63,158 nucleotides of DNA from Rhodoferax sp. (GCA_026224975.1 JAMFRW010000348.1:1-63158), one strand, 5' to 3'; shown: positions 1-10,828, counted from the first letter of the stretch. Made by a program: numbers and translations. Notes: generated from the letters alone by a model not told the origin.

Positions 1-1
1 C

Positions 2-208
2 CAGCGCTACAAGGGCCTCGGCGAGATGAACCCCATGCAGCTCTGGGAAACCACCATGGATCCGGCAGTGCGCCGTCTCCTGCGCGTGCAGATCGACGAC
101 GCGCTGGAAGCCGATCGTGTGTTCACGATGCTGATGGGCGATGAGGTGGAACCACGGCGGAACTTCATCGAGACGAATGCGTTGCGGGTGGCGAATATCG
201 ATGTTTGA
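2..208 (+). CDS. gyrB: DNA gyrase subunit B, C-terminal fragment (gene begins upstream of window)
   Basis: [21 protein letters not shown]...[18 protein letters not shown]...NIDV is the canonical GyrB C-terminus. Confidence 0.97.
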   Translation, partial: QRYKGLGEMNPMQLWETTMDPAVRRLLRVQIDDALEADRVFTMLMGDEVEPRRNFIETNALRVANIDV

Positions 209-277
209 GCTTGCAAGTTCTTAGAGACACCGAATTCCTGAACCTTTCCGGCTTTCATTGAATTAGGTTTTCCAAGA

Positions 278-1522
278 TCACTCAGCGCCGATAGCCTCGA
301 CCAGGTCGCAGATCGCTGCGAGGCCATTCTCACCCGCAACCGTGGAACGGCTCGCTGCGCACGCCGCCAGCGTCGCGGGTGACGTGAGCAAAAGCTCCAG
401 CTCGCGAGCAACCTCCGGAGCCAGATACTTGCGCGGCAGCAATTCCCTCGCCACGCCCAGCCGACGTGCGCGGCTGGCGTTGTCGAACTGGTCGTAAGCC
501 ATGGGCTGGATGAGTTGTGGCATGCCGGCCGCGAGCGCCTGGCTGAGCGTGCCGATGCCTCCGTGATGAACAACCGCTGCGGCCCGCGGAAACAGCGCTG
601 CAAACGGCACGTAGGCGGCATGAACAACACCTTCGGGCAAGACCTGCGGCAGTTGATCGCGTCGCTGCGCCACCAGAATACCGCGGCGCCGGAGCAGCAA
701 ACACGCGGCGGCGGACTGAGCGTAGAACGCGTGCGAGGAGGTGTTCGCGGTCCCGGCGGTGAAGACGATGGGCGCGTCACCTTGCGAGACGAATGTCTCG
801 AACTCCGGGGACAGTGATGGCTCGTCGGCGGGCCTGGGTAACGGGAAACCGGTGAATCGCAACCGCTGCGGCCAGTCGGGTTGCCGAGGCGCGAACGACT
901 CCGGGAAGGCAGCGATATTGACTGCTCCTTCGTGAAGCCAGGAATGGAAAACACGCGTGACTGGCTCCAGGCCGAGTCGGGCTCGAATCTCGTTCAGCGG
1001 TGCGCAGAAGATCGGGTCGAGAAAGCGTCGGTCCATGAGTTTCCAGATCGCTCGCTTGAACCAGCGCGGCCAGGACTCGAAGTGCCCCAGCGGCGAGAAG
1101 CGAGGCGCAATGTACTCGGATCGGTACGCCGCGGGCGCCAAATGAATCGGTATGAAAGGCCTGCGGTGGATCTCTGCGGCCAACCGTGAAGCGAATGCGA
1201 ACATCGAGCCGATGAACACGCTGTTTGCAACGATGTCCGGCTCGATGACTTCGAGCGCGTGTTCGACGTTTCCCAACAGCGCCGCAGCGATGAGAGGAAG
1301 CCCGTCGCGGCTGTCCGTGGCGCGAGCGTCGTTCAGGAAGCTCACGTGCTCCGCCGAGGCGAAAGTCGCTGCGAAGGGAATTCCTGCGGCGCCAGCCAGC
1401 CGCTCGAACTTGTCGCTCCCGTACAGGCGAACGTCGTGCCCGCGACGCCGCAACTCTGCGGCCACGCCGATGAACGGGATCACATCCCCGTGGCTGCCCA
1501 GCGCCTCGATCAAAAACTGCAT
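278..1522 (-). CDS. GT1/GT-B family glycosyltransferase (RhlB/UGT-like)
   Basis: N-terminal GSHGDVIPF; C-terminal nucleotide-sugar motif HHGGIGT...P..YDQFDNA. Confidence 0.9.
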   Translation of the reverse strand: MQFLIEALGSHGDVIPFIGVAAELRRRGHDVRLYGSDKFERLAGAAGIPFAATFASAEHVSFLNDARATDSRDGLPLIAAALLGNVEHALEVIEPDIVANSVFIGSMFAFASRLAAEIHRRPFIPIHLAPAAYRSEYIAPRFSPLGHFESWPRWFKRAIWKLMDRRFLDPIFCAPLNEIRARLGLEPVTRVFHSWLHEGAVNIAAFPESFAPRQPDWPQRLRFTGFPLPRPADEPSLSPEFETFVSQGDAPIVFTAGTANTSSHAFYAQSAAACLLLRRRGILVAQRRDQLPQVLPEGVVHAAYVPFAALFPRAAAVVHHGGIGTLSQALAAGMPQLIQPMAYDQFDNASRARRLGVARELLPRKYLAPEVARELELLLTSPATLAACAASRSTVAGENGLAAICDLVEAIGAE

Positions 1523-1535
1523 CACCCCTCCGTCA

Positions 1536-1580
1536 ATGTTTCCGGCGTTAACTTAGGGAGAATGTACACGATGTCAACAT
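1536..1580. promoter_or_regulatory. Two probable TetR operators between the divergent glycosyltransferase and tetR
   Basis: 19-bp imperfect palindrome ATGTACACGATGTCAACAT (1562-1580) and related ATGTTTCCGGCGTTAACTT (1536-1554). Confidence 0.6.
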
Positions 1581-2125
1581 CGAAGCGCAAAACCTATCAC
1601 CACGGCGATCTTCGCCAGGCCTTGTTGACGGCGGCGGATCGCCTGCTCGATGAGGGCGGGACGGGCGCCGTCAGCCTGCGCGAGGCGGCACGCCGGGCAG
1701 GTGTGTCTGCCCCTGCCGCTTATCGTCACTTTGCCGACAAGGAATCGCTGCTGGCCGCGCTCGCGGCGCAAGGTTTCGACGAATTCGCCGCGGCACTCGG
1801 CAAACCGGCGGCCGGCCGTGACTCGCTCGCAGCCATGGGCCAAGCCTATGTGGCATTCGCGGTGGAGCGCCCCGGCCGGTTCCGCTTGATGTTCGGGCCG
1901 GCGGTCTCGGATCGGGATCGTTACCCCGATCTCAAGGCCGCGGTCGAGCGAGCATCGATCGGCTTTCGCGGCGCGACGAAGAAGCCGAGAGAGATGCAAC
2001 ATGGCATCGCAATGTTGCGCGCGTGGTCGATGATTCACGGGCTGTCGCAATTGATCATCGATGGAATGCTGCCAGGGCACGACGCGCGGGAACTTGCGCT
2101 CGCCGTCACGACCGCGGCAAAGTGA
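1571..2125 (+). CDS. TetR/AcrR family regulator (WHG-type C-terminus)
   Basis: KTYHHGDLRQALL, HTH SLREAARRAGVSAPAAYRHF, C-terminal AWSMIHG. Confidence 0.93.
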   Translation: MSTSKRKTYHHGDLRQALLTAADRLLDEGGTGAVSLREAARRAGVSAPAAYRHFADKESLLAALAAQGFDEFAAALGKPAAGRDSLAAMGQAYVAFAVERPGRFRLMFGPAVSDRDRYPDLKAAVERASIGFRGATKKPREMQHGIAMLRAWSMIHGLSQLIIDGMLPGHDARELALAVTTAAK

Positions 2126-2343
2126 GCAGATGCCCGCGCGAAGCGCTTGTTGGTTTTGGTTCGCTCCAAGAACGATCGGGCAGTAGTTCTGCGCCGGACG
2201 TACCGCCACGCCAAAGTGTCATTTTGAGCATTTATAAGCATCTTTCATTTCAAATTCAGCGCAGAAAGCCAAATCACTAAAGATATTTGTGGCGTTTCCG
2301 ATGGTTACAGAGCCGCACTTCCGGCATTCATGTCTCCATCCAC

Positions 2344-5300
2344 ATGTCGCGACGCCAACGATCTTCAAGCACCGCCAGCCGCCCGCCCGATGACGCAATC
2401 GTCGGCCTGTTGCGGGTCGATGCCACCTGGGCGATCCTCGTGGCGAACGAGGCTTTCGCCGACATCGTCCAGCGGCCAACCGAGGCCCTGGTCGGGCTGA
2501 ATCTGCTGACGCTCACGCAGGTGGACGAGTCAACCGATGAACAAGCCGCGCGGCTCAACGAGCTTCTGTCCGGCGAGCGCGAGAGCTTCCGCCAGGAGAT
2601 GCGCTACGCCCTGCCCGATGGCAACCACACCTGGGTCGATGTGGCGGCGTCGGCAGTGCGGGATGCGAACGGCGTCTTGCTGGAAGTGGTGCTGATGGTG
2701 TTCGACATCGACCAGCGCAAGAGCGAAGAGGCCAAGCTGCTGCAACGCCATGGTCTGGCGCTGCAGGTCGCCGGCCTCGGCACCTGGCAATGGTGGGTGC
2801 AGGACGGGCGGGCGCAATTCGACATCTTCTGGGCGATGACGGTCGGGTATGCGGTGACGGAGCTGGCGCCGAGCATCGAAACCTGGCGGTCGCTCATGCA
2901 CCCGGACGACATCGCGGGCGCCGAGGCGAGCGTCGTGCCTTGCCTCCACGGCGATGCCCCGCAGGCCATCCATGAGCACCGGCTTCGGCATCGCGATGGG
3001 CATTGGGTCTGGCTGCTGCAGAACGGTGTTGTCATCGAGCGCGACAGCAAGGGGCGACCGTGGCTCATGCTGGGCACCTCGCAAGACATCACGCAGCGCA
3101 AGATGGCCGAGGCTGCGCTCGAACAAAGTCGGCAGCGGCAGGCGCTGGCGCTCCAGGCCGCCCAGCTGGGCCAATACGATTGGAACGTCGAACTGGACGA
3201 GATGACCTTCGACCAGCGCTTTGCCGACATCGTCGGCTACGAGGTGGGCGAACTCCCGCGCGACCGCTCGGTCTGGCCAATGCTCGACCACCCCGACGAT
3301 GTGGCGCGCATCCATGTCGAGCTGATGGATCATCTCGAAGGGCGGACCGAAAGCTATCGCATCGAGTACCGGATGATCCACAAGCGCGGTCACATCGTGT
3401 GGGTGCACGCGACCGGCATGGTCGTCGAGCGCGACGGGCAGGGGCGCCCGCTGCGCGTGGTGGGCCTCAACAACGATGTGACCGAGCAGAAGAAGGCCGA
3501 AGAGGAACTGCGTGCCGCGATGGCTTCGGCCGAATCGGCCAATCGCGCCAAGAGCCAGTTCCTCGCGAACATGAGCCACGAGATCCGCACGCCGATGAAC
3601 GCGATGATCGGTCTCACGCACCTGGTGCTCGACACCGAGCTCGCCCCGCGCCAGCGCGAACTTCTGCAAAAGGTTTATGGCGCTTCGAAGTCGCTGCTGA
3701 CGATCCTGAACGATGTGCTCGACTACTCGAAGATCGAGGCGGGTCGCATGGCGGTCGAGCATGTGCAGTTTGCGCTGGAAGAACCGCTGAACAATGTGTC
3801 GAACCTGTTCGGCGCGGAAGTCGAACACAAGGGGCTGGAGCTGTTTTTCGAGGTCTCGCCGGGTGTGCCGCTCGAGGTCGTGGGCGATCCGCTGCGCCTC
3901 ACGCAGGTCATCAGCAACCTGATCGGCAACGCCATCAAGTTCACCGAGCGCGGCCAGATCCATCTGAAGGTCGAGGTGGTGGCGCGCGATGCCGAGCAGT
4001 TGACGCTGCGTTTCGCGATCACCGACACGGGCATCGGCATGTCGGAGGAGCAACTCGGGCGCCTCTTCCAGGCTTTCACGCAGGCCGACAACTCGGTGAC
4101 GCGCAAGTACGGCGGCACCGGCCTGGGCTTGACGATCAGCCAGCAGCTGGTGGGCCTCATGGGTGGCAGGCTGGGCGTGAGCAGCGCATTCGGCGGCGGC
4201 TGCACCTTCACTTTCACGGTGCGCGTGGGCGCGGTCGACTCGCCGAACTGCAGTCTGGACCTGCACCGCCTCAAGGGTTTGCGGACCCTGGTCGTCGACG
4301 ACCAGGAAACATCGCGCGCCATCCTGCAGGACCTGCTGGAGGCCTGGGGGCTGGAGGTGGAGACGGCGAGCAGCGCCGCCGAGGGCTTGCAGTGCATCGA
4401 CAGGCGCAAGGCGGCGGAGCCGTTCGATGTGGTGCTGCTCGATTGGCGCATGCCGGAGATGAGCGGGCTGGAGATGGCCCGCGTGCTGCGCGAGCAGGCA
4501 CCCGAGGGCGGCCCGCCGTTCGCCATCATGGTCACCGCCCATGGGCGCGAGCAGTTGATCCAGGAAGCGGGAGACCTTGCGCTCGATGTCGTGCTGACCA
4601 AACCGGTAGTGCCTTCGCACCTGTTCGACATCCTGATGCGGCTGCGGCATGGCGACGCGGCGCCCGTCGGCGTGCGGGCCGGCAGCCAGCGTGCGCCGAT
4701 GCGGCGGTTCGATGGCGCGCGCGTGCTGCTGGTCGAGGACAACCTGCTGAACCAACAGGTCGCCTCGGGCTTTCTGGAAGGCCTGGGCGTGACGGTGACG
4801 ATCGCCTGCCACGGCGGTGAAGCCGTGCAACTCGCCGAGGCCGGCCACTTCGATATGGTGTTGATGGACCTGCACATGCCGGTGATGGACGGGCTCGAAG
4901 CCACACGCCGGCTGAAGGCCTCGCCGCGCGAGCTGCCGATCGTCGCCATGACGGCGGCGGTGCTCAGCGAGGACCGGCAGCGTTGCGAGGCCGCGGGCAT
5001 GTGCGGCTTCCTCGCCAAGCCGGTCGATCCCGACGAACTGGTGCGCATGCTGTGCCGCTGGCTGCCGAGCCAGGCGGTGTGTAGAGGATCCGCTGCCGGT
5101 GCTCGACGCGGTGGCCGCGTCGCCGCTGCCGGCCATCACCGGCTTCGATGCACAAAGCGCCCTGCGCCGCCTGCATGGCGACCAGGATCGCCTGATCTAT
5201 CTGCTGCGTTCTTTCGCGAGCCAGTACCGCGCCTTGTCGTGCAGCTTGACAGCGCTGCTGGCGGAGAGCGGGTGTGAGGAGGCGCTGCTGCAGTTGCACA

Positions 5301-5752
5301 CGCTGAAGGGCACGGCGGCGACGCTGGGCCTGAGCGATCTGTCGGCCCGGCCCGCGGCGCTCGAAGCCCGGGTGCGCGCCGCCGATGGCCCGGTGGGCTG
5401 CGAGTCGCTCGCCCGCAGCCTGGAGGAGGCCATCGCCGCCATCGACAGGCTGGAAGCAGAAGCACTCGACGACGTGCCGCAGCCAGGCTTGTCGGCTTCG
5501 GCCGCGCAGCCGACGGGTGGCCAGGACCTGACGCAGTTCATCGACCGGACACGCCGCTATCTGCTGGAACAGGAGCTGATGCCGGAAGAGCTCATGGAGG
5601 AATTGAAGCAACTCGCTGCACACGCCGCGCCGGGCAGCCCGCTGCACTCGCTGCGCCAGCACATCCTCGATTTCGACCACGAAGCTGCGCTGGGCGATGT
5701 CGATGCACTCGCCCTTGCCCTGACCATCGACTTTGGAATCTTCGATCTATGA
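2344..5752 (+). pseudogene. Hybrid sensor kinase (3xPAS-HisKA-HATPase-REC-REC-Hpt) split by a frameshift near 5077-5082
   Basis: [15 protein letters not shown]-box, GGTGLGL G-box and two REC domains in frame 2344-5277. The Hpt motif LHTLKGTAATLG is in another frame (5099-5752). Could be a sequencing error. Confidence 0.8.
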
Positions 5753-7914
5753 CCGCACCGACGACCCCCGCTTCGCGCAAGCCGCTGATCCTGGTGGTGG
5801 ACGACGTGCCGGCGAACCTGCATGTGATCGCCTCCGCGCTGCGCGACGACTACCGCATCAAGACCGCCACCAACGGCCCCGGTGCGCTCGCGCTGGCCTC
5901 GCGCGTCGACGATCGGCCGGACCTGATCCTGCTCGATGTGATGATGCCGATGATGAGCGGCCACGATGTGCTGCGCGAGCTACGCGATGGTCCGGAGACG
6001 CGCGACATACCGGTCATCTTCGTGACTGCCGACACTTCCGAAGACAACGAGATCCGCGGCCTCGGACTCGGTGCTTGCGACTTCCTGCCCAAGCCGATCA
6101 ATGTGCGGGTGTTGCGGGCCCGCGTGCGCAACCTGCTGCAAAGGCAATCGCTGCAGCGCATGCTGCAACTCAACGAGCTCAAGCTGCGCGCCATGCTCGA
6201 CAGCAGCATGCAGTTCATCGCGCTACTCGACACCAACGGCCTTGTTCTGCATGTCAACCGACAGGTGCGCGAACTGCTGGCCCGGCCACTCGAGGCCGTG
6301 CTGGAGCAGCCGTTCTGGAAACTGCCGCTCTGGAGCGATTTCACCGCCCAACAGGATGACGTGCGCCATGCCGTTGAGCGCGCGGCGCGCGGCGTGGCGA
6401 GCCGCTTCGAGACGCTTTATGCCGATGGCGCCGACGAGGGCGTCGTGCTGGATTTTTCTTTGCATCCGGTGCGCGGTACGACCGGCCAGGTGACTTTCCT
6501 GCTGGCCGAAGCCACCGACATGACGCGCCAGCGCACCGCCGAGAACAACATCCGCCACCTTGCCAACAACGACCCGTTGACCGGCCTGCCCAACCGGATC
6601 CTGCTCAGCGACCGCGTGAACCAGGCGATACGGCTGGCCGAGCGGCACAAGACCTCGTTTGCGCTGATGTTTCTCGACCTCGACCGCTTCAAGCACATCA
6701 ACGACACGCTCGGCCATGCCCACGGCGACAAGCTGCTGATCGAGATGGGCCGGCGGCTGGCCGGCGCGGTGCGCCTGCCGGACACGGTGGCGCGCATCGG
6801 CGGCGATGAATTCGTGCTGCTGCTGCCCGATACACCGGCGGCCGGTGCCATCACCGTGGCCGAGAAACTCCTGTCACGGACCGTCGAACCCTGCACGGTG
6901 GAGATGCACAAGCTGGCGGTCACGGCCTCGATCGGCATCGCGATGTACCCGGACGACGGCCGCGACTTCGAAACCCTCTCCAAGTGTGCCGACACAGCCA
7001 TGTACCGCGCCAAGCGGGAGGGGCGCAACGGCTATCGCTTCTTCACCCAGGAAATGCACGAGCGCTCGGCCAGGCTCCTGCACCTGGAGTCGCTGCTGCG
7101 GCACGCTGCCGAGCGAGGCGAGCTGCATCTGCACTATCAGCCGCAAATCGATCTGGAGAGCGGCCTGTGCGTCGGCGCGGAGGCCTTGCTGCGCTGGACC
7201 AGCCCGGAACTCGGCGAGGTATCGCCAGGGGAGATGATCCCGGTCGCCGAGGAGACCGGCCTCATCCTGCAGATCGGCGAATGGGTCTTGCGCACGGCCT
7301 GCCGCCAGGCGAGGGCGTGGATGGACGCGGGTTTCTCGCTGCAGACGGTGGCCGTCAACGTCTCGTCCCTGCAGCTTCGCCAGCGCGACTTCCAGGACGC
7401 CGTGACGCGCTGCCTCGAAGACACCGGGGTCCCGGCGGAACGGCTCGAACTGGAGATCACCGAAAGTGCGGCCTTCGGCAACCTCAACCTGGCATCCACC
7501 ATGCTCGATCCGCTGCACGACCGCGGTGTGCGGCTTTCGCTCGACGACTTCGGCACTGGCTATTCGTCGCTGAGCTATCTGCGGCGCATCCACATCGACA
7601 AGTTGAAGATCGACCAATCCTTCGTGCGTGAACTGACGCGCGGACCCGAAGACCAGGCCCTGATCGCCGCGATGGTCAACATGGCGCGAACGCTGAAGCT
7701 GCGCACCGTGGCCGAGGGCGTCGAAACCCGCGAGCAGCTCGAAGCCCTGCGTGCGCTCGGCTGTGACGAGGTGCAGGGCTATCACCTCGGCCGGCCGATG
7801 GCGGCCGAGCGTTTCGAAGCCTGGATGACCGAGCGGAAGGCGAGCGGAAGGCATGCGCCTCGGCTGATGGGCGCGTGCGCAGGTGCGACGAGGCTGCTAC
7901 CGGCGATCGGCTGA
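5749..7914 (+). CDS. REC-PAS-GGDEF-EAL response regulator (diguanylate cyclase/phosphodiesterase)
   Basis: REC ILVVDD...LLDVMMP; intact GGDEF; EAL with DDFGTGYSS; ATGA overlap with the Hpt frame stop. Confidence 0.95.
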   Translation: MTAPTTPASRKPLILVVDDVPANLHVIASALRDDYRIKTATNGPGALALASRVDDRPDLILLDVMMPMMSGHDVLRELRDGPETRDIPVIFVTADTSEDNEIRGLGLGACDFLPKPINVRVLRARVRNLLQRQSLQRMLQLNELKLRAMLDSSMQFIALLDTNGLVLHVNRQVRELLARPLEAVLEQPFWKLPLWSDFTAQQDDVRHAVERAARGVASRFETLYADGADEGVVLDFSLHPVRGTTGQVTFLLAEATDMTRQRTAENNIRHLANNDPLTGLPNRILLSDRVNQAIRLAERHKTSFALMFLDLDRFKHINDTLGHAHGDKLLIEMGRRLAGAVRLPDTVARIGGDEFVLLLPDTPAAGAITVAEKLLSRTVEPCTVEMHKLAVTASIGIAMYPDDGRDFETLSKCADTAMYRAKREGRNGYRFFTQEMHERSARLLHLESLLRHAAERGELHLHYQPQIDLESGLCVGAEALLRWTSPELGEVSPGEMIPVAEETGLILQIGEWVLRTACRQARAWMDAGFSLQTVAVNVSSLQLRQRDFQDAVTRCLEDTGVPAERLELEITESAAFGNLNLASTMLDPLHDRGVRLSLDDFGTGYSSLSYLRRIHIDKLKIDQSFVRELTRGPEDQALIAAMVNMARTLKLRTVAEGVETREQLEALRALGCDEVQGYHLGRPMAAERFEAWMTERKASGRHAPRLMGACAGATRLLPAIG

Positions 7915-8072
7915 CCGAGCTCCGCGAGAGCGGCATGGCGACAAGCGACCCACGTCGCCAGGCCGGATCGCTGTCGCGCGTAAAAATCGAGTTCAATGGC
8001 GACCCAAGTTTCCGTTTATGCGAAGATGAATATGAAAATCTAAGTCAATCACGATTCGTTGAGGTTCAAACC

Positions 8073-9245
8073 ATGCTTGAAACCGAGTCAGCCGAGTCGC
8101 CCGACATCGTCGCGCCGCACGCCGAAAACGAATCCGTGAACGAACCCGCGCCGCGTTACCGCAGCGGCGCCGTCGCCCGGATGGTGCGCATGCCGGTTGC
8201 CACGCTGCGCATCTGGGAGCGCCGCTACCACGTGACGGCGCCGGCCACCACGGCCACAGGCCACCGGCTGTATTCCGGGGCCGATGTGCAGCGGCTGGCC
8301 TTGCTCAAGCAGTTGACCGACCTGGGCCACGCGATCGGTTCGGTGGCCACGCTGGACATGACGGCACTCCGCGAGGTGGCCGCCACGCATGCGCGCACGA
8401 TGGCCACGCCGCGGCGCGCGAACGCGGCGGCTGCGTCATTCGCTGCGCCGCCGCCGTGGCGCGTCGCCGTGGTGGGTGCGGCGCTGGCGCGGCGGCTTCA
8501 ACATGCGGCGGTCTTGCCGCAATTGGGGCGGGCGCTGGGAGTCGTGGGGCCGTTCGACAGTCTGGCCGAGGCGATGGAGGCCGCGGAGGCGACGCGTGCT
8601 GCTGGTTCATCGCCCTCCTCGGCTGACGAGGCGATGTCTGCCGATACCGAGCCACAAGCCCAGGCTCGGCCGCAACCCCAAGCCGAGACCCTCCTCGTCC
8701 ACATCGCCGGCCTGCACGACGGTTCACTGCAAGACTTGCAGCAGGCGGCCCATGCCTTCGGCGCGCGGCGCATCGCGGTGATCTACGGCTTTGCGGCCGC
8801 CTCGGCCAGCGATGCGCTGATGGCGGCCGGCGTGACGCTGCTGCGCGAGCCGCAGGGCGAAGCCGCGCTGGCCGCCTGGTTGCGCGGCTTGGGCGAAGAG
8901 GCCGCATCGCACCTGCCACAGGCGCCGCTGGCGCCGTTGCCGGCCTTGTCGGACGCGATGCTGTGGGCTGGCGCCGTGGCGCCACCGCGCCGCTACGACG
9001 ACGCCACGCTCTCCGATTTCGCCGGGCTCTCGACCACCATCGCCTGCGAATGCCCGCGCCACGTGGCAGAAATCCTGATGCAGCTCTCGCACTTCGAGGC
9101 CTACAGTGCCCAGTGCGCGACCCGCAACATGGCCGACGCCGCCTTGCACGCCTACCTGGGCCAGGTTGCAGGGGCCGGGCGGGCGCTGTTCGAATCGGCG
9201 CTGGAGCGGCTGGCCATTCACGAAGGGCTGGTGCTGTCGGATTGA
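8073..9245 (+). CDS. MerR-family regulator with C-terminal Cys/His-rich domain
   Basis: MerR HTH YRSGAVARMVRMPVATLRIWERRY...GHRLYS; C-terminal IACECPRH...FEAYSAQC...ALH. Confidence 0.88.
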   Translation: MLETESAESPDIVAPHAENESVNEPAPRYRSGAVARMVRMPVATLRIWERRYHVTAPATTATGHRLYSGADVQRLALLKQLTDLGHAIGSVATLDMTALREVAATHARTMATPRRANAAAASFAAPPPWRVAVVGAALARRLQHAAVLPQLGRALGVVGPFDSLAEAMEAAEATRAAGSSPSSADEAMSADTEPQAQARPQPQAETLLVHIAGLHDGSLQDLQQAAHAFGARRIAVIYGFAAASASDALMAAGVTLLREPQGEAALAAWLRGLGEEAASHLPQAPLAPLPALSDAMLWAGAVAPPRRYDDATLSDFAGLSTTIACECPRHVAEILMQLSHFEAYSAQCATRNMADAALHAYLGQVAGAGRALFESALERLAIHEGLVLSD

Positions 9246-9322
9246 AAGCGGCGGCGGTGCCGATCGAAGTTGCGGCACTCGCCCTATCCTTCGAACTCCT
9301 CAACCGCCGAAGCGCCCTCCCG

Positions 9323-10096
9323 ATGCAATCCACGACGACCTCCGCCACCCTGACCACCTCCGGCTTTCGACAGGACTTGTTCGGAGGCAGGCGCGTGCTG
9401 GTGGTTGGGGGCACCAGCGGTATCGGCTGGGGCATTGCGAGCGCCTTCGTCGCGCACGGTGCCGCGGTGGTGGCCACGGGTGCCACGCCCGGTGAGGTGG
9501 CCGCCGCACGGAATGCGGGTGACGCGGCAGCGATCGACCTGGCAGTGCTCGATGTTCGCGACGATGCCGCCGTGCGTCGCACGCTCGATGACTTTGCGAC
9601 GCTCGATGTGCTCGTCAACTGCGCCGGCGTGATCCGCCGCGGCGAGGAGCATCGGCCGGAAGTCTTCCAGGCCGTGATCGACATCAACCTGAACGGCAGC
9701 ATGCGCACCTGCACCGCTGCCCGGCCGCTGCTGGCCAGGAGCAAGGGCTGCATTGTCAACACGGCCTCGATGCTGACCTTCTTTGGCGGCGGCCTGGTGC
9801 CGGCCTATTCGGCGAGCAAGGGCGGCGTGGCCCAGCTCACCAAGTCGCTGGCGTTGGCTTATGCGGACGACGGTATTCGCGTCAACGCGGTGGCACCCGG
9901 CTGGATCGCCACGCCACTCACCATCGCCTTGCAACAGGATGCCGAACGCAGTGGCGCGATCCTGGCGCGCACACCGCTCAAGCGCTGGGGCGAGCCGCAA
10001 GACGTGGCGGACGCGGCGCTGTTTCTCGCCTCGCCGGCGGCGCGCTTCGTCACCGGCGTGGTGTTGCCGGTCGATGGCGGTTACCTGATCGCTTGA
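9323..10096 (+). CDS. Short-chain dehydrogenase/reductase
   Basis: GGTSGIG Rossmann motif, YSASK catalytic motif, PVDGG terminus. Confidence 0.95.
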   Translation: MQSTTTSATLTTSGFRQDLFGGRRVLVVGGTSGIGWGIASAFVAHGAAVVATGATPGEVAAARNAGDAAAIDLAVLDVRDDAAVRRTLDDFATLDVLVNCAGVIRRGEEHRPEVFQAVIDINLNGSMRTCTAARPLLARSKGCIVNTASMLTFFGGGLVPAYSASKGGVAQLTKSLALAYADDGIRVNAVAPGWIATPLTIALQQDAERSGAILARTPLKRWGEPQDVADAALFLASPAARFVTGVVLPVDGGYLIA

Positions 10097-10124
10097 TTCT
10101 TTTTCTGCTTCGAAAGGCCCGCAG

Positions 10125-10613
10125 ATGATCGTGCAACTCCCCGGCATTCAGCCCGAAATCGCCATCGCCGCCATTCCCGAAGACGAGCGCGTCTGGGTGC
10201 CGCAGGCGCCCAACGTGTGGTTCCGGCCGCTCCTGCTCAACACCGTCACCGGCAGTTGGTGCAACCTGCTGCGAGTGCGCAAATCGGGCGTGCTCTCGCG
10301 CCACATCCATCCTTCGTGGGTGACGGGCTATGTGATCAAGGGCGCGTGGCGCTACCTCGAACACGACTGGGTCGCGGCGCAAGGCTCCTTCGTCTACGAG
10401 CCGCCGGGCGAGATCCACACATTGGTGGTCGATCCGCTCTCGGGCAGCGAGGAGATGATCACATTCTTCAACATCCACGGCGCCATGATCTACCTCGACG
10501 AAGCCGGCCAGACCACCGGCTACGAGGATGTGTTCACCAAGATCGCGCTGTGCCGTGCCCACTACGAAAACGTAGGTTTGGGCGGCGGCTACGTCGACCA
10601 GTTCGTGCGCTGA
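10125..10613 (+). CDS. Cupin, 2,4'-dihydroxyacetophenone dioxygenase family
   Basis: RHIHP...WRYLEHDW...FVYEPPGEIHTL motifs. Confidence 0.85.
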   Translation: MIVQLPGIQPEIAIAAIPEDERVWVPQAPNVWFRPLLLNTVTGSWCNLLRVRKSGVLSRHIHPSWVTGYVIKGAWRYLEHDWVAAQGSFVYEPPGEIHTLVVDPLSGSEEMITFFNIHGAMIYLDEAGQTTGYEDVFTKIALCRAHYENVGLGGGYVDQFVR

Positions 10614-10625
10614 ACATCCCGTTCG

Positions 10626-10649
10626 GGGATGTGACGCAGGTCACATCCC
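10626..10649. promoter_or_regulatory. Perfect palindrome containing a CRP/FNR-family consensus site (or a transcript hairpin)
   Basis: GGGATGTGAC-gcag-GTCACATCCC; core TGTGA-N6-TCACA at 10630-10645. Confidence 0.5.
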
Positions 10650-10828
10650 GCACCCCCCAGATCGACGCGCCTCCTTCGAACAAGGGATGGCATACCCGCG
10701 CCCGGTGACTAGGCTGGAATCAGCTCTGCGCGATTGGGCAGGCGAGCGACTCAGGGGCCAACTGGTATAGACCACTTGTGCACCGAGTGACCGCCCCCAA
10801 CGTTGTGTGGAGAGCAGGAGTAAACATC

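Noticed and set aside
2530-5139. Long antisense ORFs (869 aa here; also 54816-56807, 53116-54540, 51106-52749, 29778-31325)
   Set aside because: Shadow frames of real high-GC genes on the opposite strand; no motifs of their own
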